From: the human T2T-CHM13v2.0 reference genome, Homo sapiens
Assembly: GCF_009914755.1 (NCBI RefSeq)
Contig: NC_060933.1
Strand: one strand, 5' to 3'
Length of the DNA stretch: 64,000 bases
Below the pieces are notes generated by a model, which had not been told where the DNA came from, made no database searches, and saw nothing but the letters and a program-made list of their open reading frames with translations. Of this stretch, positions 1 through 13,762 are shown piece after piece. Position 1 is the stretch's first letter. Each line of letters opens with the position of its first letter. The position numbers and the translations under genes are program-made.

Positions 1-448
1 TCAGGGCCATATGTGGGAGCACCAGGAACAGTCCAAAGGCACAAGGAATGAGGGGAAAGCAAGGCCAGTTCCTTTATTGAGGTTTTGGTGGGAAGGAACG
101 GGTCAGGCAAGATGAGCAGTTTGGTGGGAAGGAATGGGTAGGCAAGATGAACAGTTTACAATTCGTGTAAATAATTTCAGTAGGGACTGGGCCATAAAGG
201 TGGTCCCTATTTTTCTGGAACCTGGCACTGCAAGGTAATTCAGACCGCAAGAGCCTGATAAAAGCAGGTGGATGGCAGTATGGAATAGGGATTTGTTGGT
301 CTGCCTATTAAAAGCAGCCTCACAGGCAAGGGTTTTGCTGTCTCTGAGAATTAGCTAACCTTGAGAGGAGCAGTCCCTTCCTGGGTCCACAAGGCCCCAA
401 GATGTCAAAGCATCATAAAGTATAGAAAATAAAAACATGATTAACACA
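1..448 (-). mobile_element. ERVL-type solo LTR, MER74/MER73/MER54-like group; runs off the window edge
   Basis: The reverse complement starts TGTGTTAATCATGTTTTTATTTTCTATAC...GATGCTTTGACATCTTGGGGCCTTG, matching the recalled 5' end of this LTR group. Confidence 0.6.
84..157. repeat. 36-bp tandem duplication inside the LTR
   Basis: tttggtgggaaggaacgggtcaggcaagatgagcag is followed by tttggtgggaaggaatgggtaggcaagatgaacag. Confidence 0.9.
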
Positions 449-2502
449 ATCAGGAAGGAATATTATCTAAAAACTAAGAAACTAAGTGTGAATGAGTTAA
501 ATTTGTCCATAAAGAAATTTAATAGTATGAAATTATGTAGTGATAACATGTAAGTATAACTAATAGACTTATAAATCATGTATCAATTAATAAATGCTAT
601 ATTCCACTTCATTTTATATGATTTATCTATTTTAGGGATTGAATTGTATTTTTCATTGACACAGAAGCATACAATACATTTATATGGAAATATATCAGAA
701 ACATCTTATCAGTAATATGACCATAATTTTATTTTTAAGGAAACCGATTATTTACCTAAAACCATCAGAAATTTTACTATTGTTTAATTTTTGTGCTAGA
801 GATTAGCAGAAGTGTTCTAGATGTTCCAATACTTTCATTTTAAAATACTAATATTTGTGGAGACTTTATGTGTAGTTTTTGTGCCATATGAGCATTCTGT
901 ATAGTCGGTAATATTGTTATGATATAGAGGTAGCATTTTCTCTAAAAGTGAAAAATATTTGTTGTTACACTTATCACTACCAATATATTTATTAATTTTA
1001 GTAGCAATCCTGTTATTGGCACAGAATGACAGTTCTGCATTTATGAGATGTCAGTTGCAGTGATGTAAGATTTACAAGATGTTAGGTGACTTCCATCTGA
1101 GTGGCAATGGAGCATCTGCTAGTGCATATGATCAAGCAGAGGACACAGATACCAAGTGCTGAAAGCAGCAGTCTGACTCTCATCCTGTTGGATAAGTAGA
1201 TTATTTTTGGCTTTACCAACATATCAGTGGAATTAAAATAAACTTACAGTAATCCTATTAGCTTCTAAAAATAGTTATAAGTTTATTTTTGACACCTAGG
1301 ATGTTAATATAGACATGACAAATTGTAAGAAACCACTTTTCTGGTGTCTAAATGCTACTGTTTACATGAAAATCTTGTATATCTTCTGTTCTGGGTAACC
1401 ATTTCTCTAGAAAATCAAGGTTAGCTCATGGTCACTAGGGTCAGGTTTCTCCATTAAAGTTTCTCCATTCCAGTTAAGTTTGTTTGGTTTCTTTCATTAA
1501 ATGTTTAATGGTATATGCCTTGCATACTCTGGCTTCATTTTAAAAAGGAATTGAAAAAGAAGTATAAGTACATCAACAGAAATTTACCATTTCTGTAGCT
1601 TATTTGGTTTATCATTGTTCATTATTTAGACCTAATCTTATTTAAGATCAAAGAACTGTATCTGCTTTCAGAAGAAAAGTATAACAGGATAAAAATATAA
1701 AGAATAGGGCAATTAAATGATAGAAGATTTTTTAAAAATGGAAAACATATTGTAGCTGATGACAAAGTTGGGAGGTGAAAATTCAAATTCTAGCCTATAT
1801 TGGGCCACAAACTAGGATAGTGTATTTTTTCACAGTCAAAGCTAGAGAGAAGCTGGGTTGAGTTATGAGAGGTACAGCACCATTAACTGAGAAATGTTGG
1901 AAAGTGGCAAGTAAAAACATGTATTCTTTTCAGTGCCAGGGTAATAACGTATAATACAATTACAAAGTAGAAACCTGGATTTTTAGAGGATCTACAAACA
2001 CGATTATTTGATTATTTATAATTGATCGTAATTCTCTTGTTAAACATCTCTTAAACATGCTCTGTCAGAGATTATTGAATTATCAACAAAACTTTTTTAA
2101 AATTATTAGATAGTTAGTAAAAGATAAGGCCTTTGGAAATATATTCTTCCATGGATGTTGTTTGTTCAAGAAATACGTTCTATTAAAAATGGCATAATTA
2201 ACCTTTAATAACATATTTAATGGCTCATTAAATATGGAAATGAGCCAGGTTTATTGATGGCCCCTACAAACTCCAAGGCACCCCATATCTATCATCGTGG
2301 TCTTGAAGGACCCCTCACTCTCAACTGTGGCAAAATGGCGCAAGTTACAAGTGGGATCGGTTTAGTCAGAGCATGTGAGCTTGAATCTCAGACTTCACTT
2401 GATACTATGTTGCATTTTAGGCAAGTCCTTTTACTTCTTTCAAAGGCTTCAGAAATTCTTTAGTTCATTAGTTCTCCTTATTATACATAAAATTCGGAAG
2501 AC

Positions 2503-2720
2503 TGTGTAGTGTGTTAGCAAATGTGTGAGCTTTGTAGCTAGCCCTGCTATACCTGTACCATTTTATAACTTCTTGGCCTTGGGCAAAGGGTTTAACTTCT
2601 GTGAGCCTCCACTTTCTCATCGTGGAAACGGAGATAAGGATCCTTGCTTTTGAGACTATAGGCAGGATTAAACATGTTTAAAATGCATGGCATACAGCAG
2701 ATTATCAGTGAATGGTAACA
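2503..2720 (+). mobile_element. MIR SINE
   Basis: MIR core-like sequence ccttgggcaaagggtttaacttctgtgagcctccactttctcatcgtggaaacggagataa. Confidence 0.75.
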
Positions 2721-3081
2721 GGAGTTGTTGGCAGTGCATCTGTCATTATTAATATTATGATTGCAAGTACATTTTCATTAAAGATATGAATAGCTTTCTT
2801 TCTCTTCTTGACCTTAGGAATATTAAACACCCCACTGAACTTGATATTTGAGAAAAACATTTGAGATTATGTTATTCAGTAGTGTTAAAACTTTAGGCAA
2901 CAGAATTTACAATATATAAAAGAACCATCAGAGTAGTCCTTTGGTTGAAGCGAACCAAGGGGCCAGTATGCCCACTCGGTTAGCTTCCCCTCATTAAATG
3001 TACAGAGACCCCTGAAGCAATTCAGAATTCTAGATATCCAAGAAACATAGTTTTGGAAATACTAGTATAGTGAAAAAAGTG

Positions 3082-3204
3082 TATTTTACATGTATTGAAA
3101 GGTTTATTTTACATATATTGAACATATATTTTGCATATATCAAAAGCTTTATTTACATATATTGTACATATATTGAAAGGTTTATTTTACATATATTGAA
3201 AATT
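3082..3204. repeat. AT-rich minisatellite, about 23-bp unit, about 5 degenerate copies
   Basis: Repeated variants of tattttacatatattgaaaggtt. Confidence 0.85.
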
Positions 3205-3225
3205 GATTCAGAAACGCAATGTATT

Positions 3226-3549
3226 GGCCAGGTGCAGTGGCACACACCTGTAATCCCAGCACTTTGGGAGGCCGAGGCGAGTGGGTCACCTGAGGTCTGG
3301 AGTTTGCGTCCGGCCTGACTAACATGGTGAAACTCCGTCTCTACTAAATTAAAAAAAAAAAAAAAAAATAGCCACGCATGGCAGCGCATGCCGGTAATTC
3401 AAGCTACTTGGGAGGGAGGCTGAGACAGGAGAATCACTTGTATCTGGGAGGCGGAGTTTGAGTGCGCCGAGATCGCGCCATTGCACTCTGGCTTGGGCAA
3501 CAAGAGCGAAACTCTGTCTGAAAACAAACAAACAAAACACAAACAAAAA
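3226..3549 (+). mobile_element. AluSp/Sq
   Basis: Full dimeric Alu with ggcaacaagagcgaaactc at the 3' end. 16-bp TSD agaaa(c/t)gcaatgtatt at 3210-3225 and 3550-3565. Confidence 0.95.
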
Positions 3550-3636
3550 AGAAATGCAATGTATTCATTCATTCAGAAATTCAGTATGCAATGGTCAGAC
3601 CATGTAAACATAGTTCACTGGTATTTCTTTCACTCA

Positions 3637-3855
3637 ATACATACATATATGTATAAATGTATGTATGTATTTGTGTGTGTGTGTGTATATACATATATTT
3701 ACACACACTCTCTACCTATATATGTGTGTGTGTTGTATATACACACACATATATTATTATAATATATGTACATATATACATGTATATTACATGTACAAAT
3801 ATGTACATATATAATGTATATTATAGATACACAAATATGTTATTTTATATATGTA
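3637..3855. repeat. Degenerate (TA)/(TG)/(CA) low-complexity tract
   Basis: Alternating purine-pyrimidine runs. Confidence 0.9.
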
Positions 3856-4959
3856 GCAAGAGAGGAAGGAAATTGACACTTCATTTAATTTTTTTGTTTA
3901 CTATTGGTTTTTACTCAATTAAAGCCCAATTATTTTATTCTCATAAGTATTTTTGCTGATCTGTTATTTTTTCATATCTTATAATAAACTAATTTTGTGT
4001 TGGTATAAAAGTAAAAAAAACATATTTATGGCTTTATATTTCCGTGTTTATTTGCATTTTATTATGAGGATTTGAAACATACCAAAAAGTAAAGAGTAAG
4101 CCAAAGAATCCTCGCTCCTATAACCTACAAGCCAGATTTTAAAATTAAGAATTTGCCATGTTTAATTAATAGTAACTTTTTTCCATTTATTATTTTTTCT
4201 TTGATGAAGCATTGAAAAGAGAATATCCTGTGCCATGCCTGTAACTACTTCAGTTTGCATCTTTAAAATGAGTATTCTCTTACATAGTCAAAAGATATTA
4301 TCAGACCTAACTATTAACAGTTCTTGTGTTTTTTTTCTAGTTTAAAATAAACAAATGGCATTCAAAGTAATGTTGGCCTCTATACTACAATCACACTGAG
4401 TCATACTGCATGCCCAAAATATTACTTTATACTCATTTAAGAGAAAATAAGCTTTTTTTTAGCTCTAGAAGTATATAAAATACTAATGATAGAGCCAAAA
4501 ACTAGTTTATAGAACACAAGATTTAATAAAGTCAAGGACTGTCTTTTAGAAGTATGTGTATAGAATCCAACACATAATCATAAATATACTAGAATTTCAT
4601 GAATTATTTTGATGGTAATTTAAGGTATGATAACTTTGAGTCATTTGATTCAGAGAAAGATTTACCTATTACCATTTTACTTTATATTAAATAGCATGTC
4701 TACCTTGTCCTTTGGGGAAAAAAATTCGACCAATAGTATACCTATTTGATAGTCCTAGCAGCAATTGTGACTTCTGAAAGCACTTTTTTTTGGCCAGATG
4801 ATTATTTTGATTGCATGAGTACACTTATTAAACCACATAAAATCATCATTACAAGGGCACACAGACACAATCCGTATTACGTTAGCATTTCTAATGATGT
4901 CCTCTGTAACAGGCAGAGTTAGTTCCTAAGAATGACTTGCGAAATAGATAAGCCCTTAT

Positions 4960-5450
4960 ATATTTCTCACTAATGAAAGATTCTAACACAAGAAATTAAA
5001 GTTAAACAACTACAGGAAGTTCTGTGGGAACATAGAACAGGCAAGTCTGTGCCAAAAATCTCAATCTCCAGAAGCAATGTGGGTCTCTCCAGAATGTGCT
5101 CCTATGTAGCTGGAAATTCAAGAACGTCATTGGAAATATTCAGGCAACTCACACAGAAGCTACTTTGAATATTATAAACCACCAAAGACTATTTTAGTAT
5201 GCAATGACTAAACATGTGATTCTCCAGGAGCTATTGCCTGGGCAGCTAAAGTGAGTGATTGATGGTAATGTTCCAGGAAGCTGCTGTGAACTTAAAGTCT
5301 GCCATATGCCCATACCTCTGCCTTACTCCATCGGGGAATAATGGACTCCCCTATTTTATAGCCTTCTAAATCTCACATGAGGGTACTTTATTGGCAAATT
5401 CTAACCTGGAACCATATGTGGAAGTACAGTCTGAATATGCAATTCTTGTT
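4960..5450. mobile_element. Old LTR, LTR78/LTR79-like
   Basis: ccttctaaatctcacatgagggtactttattggcaaattctaacctggaaccatatgtggaag resembles the recalled LTR78/79 motif. Boundaries are approximate. Confidence 0.4.
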
Positions 5451-5654
5451 TTTTTCTTCTAGGAGGTAGTGATAGTAACGTTGAGTTTACAATACACACT
5501 CACAGACCTTAGGTAGAGGAGACTTGTTTTCCCCTCTCCTTCCGTTTATCATATTGAACTTACACTCCTTCTGATAGCTTATTGAATAAATAAGTGACAA
5601 AAAATAAACCAGACATGTGGATTGTCTTTTTTCATTATGTATTTTTTAGAATTA

Positions 5655-5870
5655 AGAGGTGGCATAAGGTAATACAAGTGGCGTTGAAGATACGAAAGAT
5701 GAGTTTAAGTCAGGCTCTGCCACTTAGGGGCCATGTAGCTTAAGTTAGTCACCTCACTTCTCTGAACTTTGGTGTGCTCATCTGCTAATTAAAGTCAATC
5801 AGATCTGTTTGGCATCATCTGTTACAATGTGTTGACTTAAGAATAACACAAGTAATGTGTGTTTAAATTA
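5655..5870 (+). mobile_element. MIR SINE
   Basis: gagtttaagtcaggctctgccacttag...agttagtcacctcacttctctgaactttggtgtgctcatctg. Confidence 0.7.
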
Positions 5871-8800
5871 TACTGTGTACACAAGTGTCAGAGAAGTGAA
5901 TGATTCCCTTTTCAACATTGTATGGTACAACAATGCACACATTTAGAAAACTCTCAGGCCATCAACAATCAATTTGCCCCAGTTTCTAACATTCAAAAGT
6001 TTTCACTCCCCATCCTCTTAAAGACTATCTGTTGATTATCTTCAAAACTACTTATCTTAGTCATGGGTGTGGAAGAAGAAGGCTGTTGGGATATCATCTT
6101 TATTCTCTCTTCACATAAGCTTATCCTAAATAAAATTGAGGATACTACTTCATCTCAGGCTAGGCATCAACCATTACTTATTCCTAACTTTATCATTCAC
6201 TGAGCAGATATATATTGAGAAATTAGTTTCACCTGCTGAGTGAGAAGCAGCATGCAAGAACAGTTAAATGGCATATTAACAAATATAAACAAAGTATATA
6301 ATGCTATATAACTCAGGGTAATATTCAGAAAACCAAAGAAAGCATATTGAAGTGATTGACCTCTCCACTGAAGTCATCTATGAAGTGATGTGCACAGTCA
6401 TCTCCCTGAGGTCTGCCTTTCATAGATGCAGCCACACTGACACTTCCTGGGGTACGTTCATTTTCTGCTTGAGGCCACCTTTTCCCACTTCCTGGGGAAC
6501 TGTCCAGGGAAACATGTGGGCTCTGCTGTCTCTCAATTCCTATATCATTTCTTCAGTCTCAGAGAAATTTCTTTCTACCGTTTTCTGTTGTCAATAAAGG
6601 CACTCCTAATAAAATAATTTTAGTAATTGGAAGATTTTATAAAGAAAAGAAAACATAGCTTCTAGCAGTTTCTTCTCTGTGCTTTGAAAAAATAACCTAA
6701 TCACAAAACACGTAAGAGTTAAACATTTAAATTAATGAGTTTACAGTTGAAAAATACTTGGCTACACTCTCTGAATGGTGCCAGTGGGAGGAGGGGAAAG
6801 AATATACATACAATATAATGTCTTGGTGAATTTTTCTACTGTGTGTTCTGGAGTAGAAATGCTGAGAGTGGGAGCTTATGTTGAGAAATGTTATAAAGAG
6901 GATAAAATAAGGACGAAAGAGATAATCATTTTCTTATGATAGAATCAACACTTACAGATAAATTGCAAAGGAAGGGAGGAAGAAGAAAACAGAATCAAGA
7001 TTAGAGTATGGTAGGTTCAGTTGGATGTGTTGGATTGGTTTTCCTTCTCTTAGAAAATATGCATGAAAAATATATATTCCCATGAATATTTCTATGAGTA
7101 AACAAATATACAGTCATTTTTGAGCCATGATTTCTTTTCTATTTTACATATGTGGAAAAGCTGCAAACATTCATGGTCTTACATGTTTGAAAGATTCTAA
7201 GTGCTGCAAACCCATAGCACAACTTCCAGCTGCCTTTCATACTTTCACCAAATTTCCTTCATGGAAACTGGTGATTCTCATATCTTTGATCTTGGTTCAG
7301 CTTTTGAGGGCACAGAGACAAGGCACTTCTTAAATAATGCAGCTAGTGCAATCTTCTAGACAAATGGCAAATTAATCAGTCTCTGAATCCTTGTTTTTTG
7401 AAGACTTGTGCATTTTTAAAGAAGACGGAATAATTGTTTAGTGACTTGGTGCCATTGATTTTCATTATAGATGGTGTTGGCTGGGTCTGTGTCAGGTCAT
7501 CAGGGAGAAATAGCCTCTGCGTACCTAAATAAAATAGGGAAAGAGGCACTTATTTCATATTCACAAGAAGAAACTCAATCCTTGAAGAAGTTCTGCATGA
7601 CCTTCCCTTAAGAACAACTTTTGCCCATTGAGTGATTTTCAGGAAACGATGACAAAAATCTCTCAGCACAGATATCACGAGTATATCTTGGCTTCAGTGG
7701 TACAAATCGTTTCCCACCTGGGACAATTTTAAAAGAAGGACAAGTTTGAAACGACATAAACAAGATGATTTAAAATAGCATATTGAAATCCACAGTAAAT
7801 TTCATGGTTATAGTTGAATATGCTTCGAATAGAACAATAAAAAAATGCACACTACTTGCTTCAGCTGACAAAGACAGCACAAGTTTTGTGTTTTCAGAAG
7901 TTCCATTTAAGTTAGGTGGTCTGCCACTTCATGAACGTTTCACCGAAAATTTTATCTACTGATACTGAACTGGTTATCGTTAAAGTGCCTCTTGTTAGTC
8001 CCAAGATAGCTATCCTTTCTAATGTTTTCTAGAGAGATTCTCACACATTTGACTTGGACATGAAGCTGTTTTAAGTTTGTATCCAAATTTTTCTCTCATC
8101 CTTCTCCATTTTGTTGAAAGGCTGGTTAACCATTGTTCATACTTGATTCAGGTTTTTGTTTTAAATGTAACCAACCTTATTTATTTCCCAATTCCTAATT
8201 TATTCAGTTTGTATAGATTTTGGCATCAAAATTTCTGTAAATAAAGTGTTTTCAGAGGCTTCAATCATTTTGAAATAAAATCTATAATTTTTTGTTTCAT
8301 AATGACAGATTTTTTTTTAATCAAGAAATCACACAATTATATTGTGGCAACTCAATGAATTTCTCCAGAGAAAAGACTCACTCTAAAAGAATTTCTGCCA
8401 TGATTTCTTTTAGATATATGCCATAGCAATTCCCTTTTTTAATGTAAATTAAATGATTTGAGTAAGTGAGCTGTTACACAGCTTAGAGAAAGAGAGGTCC
8501 TCTGCTTTGCTGGAATGATGTGTTCATGAGATATGGACCTTCTAACCTATTGGGTAATTTTCTCCTAAATGTAGTCATCAAGGACTATTAAATAAATTTA
8601 TCAATTAAAGACAAAATTACCACTCCCATGTAACTGCAAGTGAATCTTATTAAATGGCGTGCTACTATATTACAGTAAACATGGCAGGTAATTTAAGATT
8701 CTACAGAGGATTTTGATTCATTGTCCAAACATGCCTTATTTAGAGTTTAATCAAGACCTGTTTAGAAGATCATTAACCATATTTCATGTTTTTTCATTGT

Positions 8801-10469
8801 TCACATCATAAGTCCAACATGCCCAATAACGGCCTTGTTAGCTTTATCAGGTCAACAAAGATAGAGTTAATATTATCTTGGCTATCCACTTGAATGTTGT
8901 TCTTCAGAGAAGAAAGTAAACCTTGGGATTTCTATTAGAAATGTCTAATCTCCAGTACATTCTAAACAGTGCTAAGCTTTTGTGACAGGAGTCTACTTTT
9001 TCCATGATGAATTACTATTTCAGAGAAGCTTTCAACTGTGAGATCCCAAGCAGATGTTTCAGAGAGAGGGATGATACACTCTAATTTTACTTGCTTCCGA
9101 GTTACTTTGTATTCACGTTCACCCTTATGTTTAATATTATAATCCCTTTTGTCACCTTGCAAATTTTTGTCCTGCATAATATGAAAAAGTATTCATCAGG
9201 AGTCCTGCTAAAAGTTCATGTAATTGTTATAGCATTAATAAAATTTGATATAGACTAAGACTTGTGTTTTAGGGTGTGTCAGATAATGACATTTTAATAC
9301 AAGATTATTTGGCAGTCATTTTCTCCTTGTGCTTTAAATAAAGTGTTCCAGAATAACGAGTAATGACTGCATTGGAGACAGCAGACAAAATAACTTTGTG
9401 ACATAAATAGATACTGCTTTCTTCTTTCCTGATAACAGGCTGCAAATCTATTGAATTATCTCTGAGAGAGAAAACAAGAGAGAGACATGGAGAAGGGAAA
9501 GGAGAAAGGAAGAAAGGAAAATCGGAGAACGAAAGTAAATTTGACGATATTCACTTTGCATTTTTATGATTAGCCATATGTAAGCAAAGTAATTTCATGG
9601 TTAATGAATGAAATAAGGATGAATTTATAACCTTAAACCACATTGATAATGATGGAGCATTTTGCTTTGTAAATTAACTATCTCCAAGGTTCATTTGACT
9701 GTGGAATATATTAATACTTCCCTTACACAACTAATAGAGAAGATGAAAGAGAGAATTTCCTCTACGCTACTGATGAAAGTGTTCTATTTTATTGAGAATG
9801 CATGGGTGAGAATATTTAGTGAAAATAATGATACCCCCTTTACTTCTCTTGCTCAATAGAAGTTTCTCTTTAACAGAAGGTACATCTATGTAGAATACAG
9901 TGATAGAAATTAACTGCTAGCAATCAGTGATATAAATTACTTACTGGTAATTTATTGTCATAAGTTTTACACACACATGTTAGAGATTTTTGGCATATGG
10001 GAAAAATGTGTTTGTTAGAATATCGCAGAGATGTTTCATGATGAAGGAATCAAAAGTGTGTTTGTTTGTGTCCTTCTGTATGTGAGAGAAAACTTACTGA
10101 TTTAGCAAAGTCAAAAATTAAGCAGAATCTTGAAACCTAGACATCAAAAGTGAAGTCCAGAAGTAAGCAAATTTAAAGTGACAAAGGTATCAAACTGGAG
10201 AAGAGATCCTGAAGTTGAGGTCTGGAAGACAATCTCAAGAGCATACAACATGAGAGTAATTGCTTATATTGTGTATGTTAATAGTTTTTATAAGTTTCTA
10301 TGATCTCAGAGCAGGGATATCTAGTCAAATTTTTCAGGGACAGAGGCTAATATGAAAGGTTATGACCAAAGAGCAAAAATAATCACACACACACACATAT
10401 TGGAGAAAATATTGGTAAATTGACTAGAGTCAGTCTCTTCTTATCTTTACGTAAGTATACAGTTTTATG

Positions 10470-10890
10470 TTGAATTTCAGTTATATGCTACTTGTTGATC
10501 TCTATTATTAGTCTATAAACTCCATGAGGATAATGTCCATTAGGCATCTTATTCATTTATAAGTAAGTTGAGATAGTTTATTAAAATAAAAAACAGCATT
10601 TGAGTTAAAAAATGGGTTTCAAATTTCAGAAATGTAATGTGTTAGTTGTATAAGCATAGGCAAGTTGGTTGATGTCCTGAACATTCTATTCTTCATTTGT
10701 AAAATTTATCTTGCAAGATTATTGTGGGTTTTAGAGGTGATGTAAGTAAAATGAGTAGTACTTTTCTCCATTTGTAATAATATCTTGTACATATGTTTGA
10801 TATTGTGTTTAATATCTGGCACATACATTAGATATTCACAGTGCTGGGCTCCTAGTAGGCACTCTGTTTATCCTTGTTGAAATAAATTTT
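10470..10890 (+). mobile_element. L2 3' end interrupted by a MIR (about 10590-10770)
   Basis: L2 tail motifs ctataaactccatgagga and acagtgctgggctcctagtaggcactc...tgttgaaataaat, with MIR core taggcaagttggtt...cttcatttgtaaaat between them. Confidence 0.55.
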
Positions 10891-10901
10891 ATTCATTGAA
10901 T

Positions 10902-11160
10902 GTCTTAGTTTGGGTTTCCCCAAAAGCAGAGCTGGAGAAAGGGAAGTAATTGCACATGTTCCCTTCTCCATGGAATTTAACTTACTTGAATTTATAGAAC
11001 AATAAAATTCCTATGGATTTGAAGAAAGTCATGGGCAGAAATACATAGAGCAGCCTCTGGGAGAGGCTGTCAGTAAATGTGGAACTGTCCACGGCTGCTG
11101 TGCTGAAATCACAGGAAGGCTTAGTGGTTACGGAACATGGGACAGAAGGTGTCTTCTACG
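10902..11160 (-). mobile_element. LTR33-like ERVL solo LTR, internally deleted
   Basis: Starts tgtcttagtttgggtttccccaaaagcaga and ends ggaactgtccacggctg...ggtgtcttctac, matching the two recalled LTR33 termini. Confidence 0.55.
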
Positions 11161-11635
11161 ATAAATAAATCATGACACTCATGCTTAGATTTTCAAAGGC
11201 ACAAAGCACATAATATTTTCTGCTTTCTATTTGTATTCTTCATGACTAGCACAATTTTTGGTACACATTAAAAAGCACTTGTTAAATTAAATTACATTAA
11301 TCTACAGATAAAGTCCAACAACAACAAACTACTAACAAATACATGCTGAAATTCTAGGGTAAAGGACGGCACACTTTTCTTCTAAATTAGCTCAGCATTT
11401 CAATATTGTTGCTGAAATAATCCTTATAACACTATTGGTTTTTCATTACTACCTTAGTATCTTTCTGGATTGTCTAAATGTAATATACTTGGTAGGTAAT
11501 CAATGATAAGACTTCACAATATTATAGACTATAAAACATCCTCTGTGATTACAAAATACTCTTTTATATTAGATTTTTAATGGATTTATTTTCATAAAAA
11601 CTTTCAAATACAAAAATGCCATTTTTTAAACAAGG

Positions 11636-11912
11636 ATGCAGCCATAAGAAATGATGATTTCATGTCCTTTGTAGGGACATGGATGAAGCTGGAAACCATC
11701 ATTCTCAGCAAACTATCACAAGGACAAAAAACCAAACACCACATGTTCTCACTCACAGGTGGGAAATGAACAATGAGAACACATGGACACAGGAAGGGGA
11801 ACACCACACACCGGGGACTGTTGTGGGGTGGGGGGAGGGGGAGAGAAAGCATTAGGAGATATACGTTGCGCACATATACCCTAAAACTTAAAGTATAATA
11901 ATAATAATAATA
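11636..11912 (+). mobile_element. 5'-truncated L1PA3/PA4 3' UTR fragment with an internal deletion
   Basis: atgtcctttgtagggacatggatgaagctggaaacc...ccctaaaacttaaagtataat(aat)n. TSD aaacaag at 11628-11634 and 11913-11919. Confidence 0.9.
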
Positions 11913-12744
11913 AAACAAGTATTGTTTATAACAAATATGAGGTGATAGCTCTTTATTTTAGGTAGCTCCTAATATAAGAAGCCTTCTCCAAGGTTGTATA
12001 CAAATGATAAACTTATTTTTAACTATGACATTAAGCTTGTTTAATTTTTGAAATGTTTTCAAGTGAGTCTTTAGAGATGAAAATATTAATATTAAATCAC
12101 CATAATCTAAATTAAAAGGTTCTCTTAAACACAATCTTGTGTCTGGATTTCAGTGAGTTTTCAAAAACAATGCCTAAGCTTGGCAGTTCTGTGCATAACA
12201 CTATTTTCTCAAAATAAATTTTGTCAGAGGGAATCATGGTCATTCCTGTACCATAGACTTTCACTGTGAGAAAATAAGATAAAATTACTTGTTATCTTTC
12301 AAGAAGAGTGCAGTTGTTAGAAGACATGCCAAATGTATAGTGTTATTCTTAAATAACAGCGTTGAAGCATGATGTTTGGAGAAGCAGTTCCACCACATAG
12401 AACAATATTATTTCCTTCAAAAACATGTACAATTTCAAAAGCAAGAGTTTGGGAGATGATAATCTTTTATCCAATCCTCAGAACGATCTCTGTGTGAGTT
12501 TTGTTGTTGTTGATTGTTGTTTCCTTCAGTGTTATTTAAGAATCGGGTTATCAGATAAATCACTAAGCTAAGAATGAATCTGAAATTAGGTTTCCTGAAG
12601 TATTTTAATGCCATCTGAAATCTCTCCCTGAAACATTTAATAGTTGAAAAAATTTCAAAGAAGTAGCCTTAGAATAATAAATGAGATGACACTAAGCTTT
12701 CTCCTTATCCAGTTATTAGAATATAATAAATAATAGAAAGTATT

Positions 12745-13762
12745 GGGTTTGGGGTTGATTTCTGTTATTTTACTAGTTCCTTGAAATGTGACCTGAAATT
12801 TTCTATTTGTGATCTTTCAAACTTTGATGTAAGCATTTAGGGCTATGAACTTTCCTCTTAGCAGTACCTTTGCTGTAGCCCACAGGTTTTGATAGATTGT
12901 GTCACTATTAGTGTTCAGTTTGAATAATTTTTCTAATTTCCATCTTGATTTCATTGTTGACCCAATGATCATTCAATAGCAGCTTATTTAATTTCTATGT
13001 ATTTGTATGGTTTGGAAGGTTTTGAGGATTCCTTTGAGAATTGATTTTGAGTTTTATTCCACTGTGGTCTGAGAGAGTACTTGATATAATTTCAATTTTC
13101 ATAAATTTATTGAGTTTTGTTTTGTGGCCTATCATATGGTCTATCTTGGAGAAAGGTCCATGGGTCCATGTGCTGATGAATAGAATGTATATTCTATGAT
13201 TGTTGGGTAGAATGTTCTGTAAGTATCTGTTAAGTCCATTTGTTCCAGGGCATAATTTAAATCCATTGTTTCTTTGTTGACTTTCTGTCTTGATGACCTG
13301 TCTTGTGCTGTCAGTGGAGTATTGAAGTCCCCCATTATTACTGTGTTGCTTGCTGTCTATCTCATTTTTTAGGTCTATTAGTAATTGTTTTATAAATTTG
13401 GGAGCTTCAGTGTTAGGTGCATATATACTTAGGATTGTGGTATTTTCTTTTTGGACAAGGCCTTTTATTATATAATGTCCCTCTTTGTCTTTTTTAACTG
13501 CTGTTGCTTTAAAAGTTGTTTTGTCTGTTCATTTGCATGGAATGCCTTTTTCCATCCCTTTAAGTTTATGTGAGTCCTTACGTGATATGTGGGTCTCTTG
13601 AAGGCAGCAGATGGTTGGTAAATTCTTATTTATTCTGCATTTCTGTGTCTTTTAAGTGGAACATTTAGACCATTTCCTATGCTATTTGTTGCCTGTATAC
13701 CTTGTTTTTTATTGTATTTTGTTTTATAGGTCATGTGAAATTTATGCTTTAAAGAGGTTCTG
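12745..13762 (-). mobile_element. L1PB1-type, inverted 5' segment (ORF1 end to ORF2 endonuclease)
   Basis: The minus ORF at 13141-13335, GDFNTPLTAQDRSSRQKVNKETMDLN, is the L1 EN domain. It joins the forward L1 through TG microhomology at 13761-13762. Confidence 0.9.

Noticed and set aside
3082-3204. Spaced-repeat or CRISPR-like array (also considered for 45773-45857)
   Set aside because: These are head-to-tail tandem repeats without unique spacers, in human DNA with no cas genes.
8962-9177. 71-aa minus-strand ORF in unique DNA with a weak acceptor
   Set aside because: No recognisable homology and no convincing donor; the length is expected by chance.
10038-10100. ATGATGA...CTGA as a C/D snoRNA
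   Set aside because: No terminal stem and no recognisable guide sequence.
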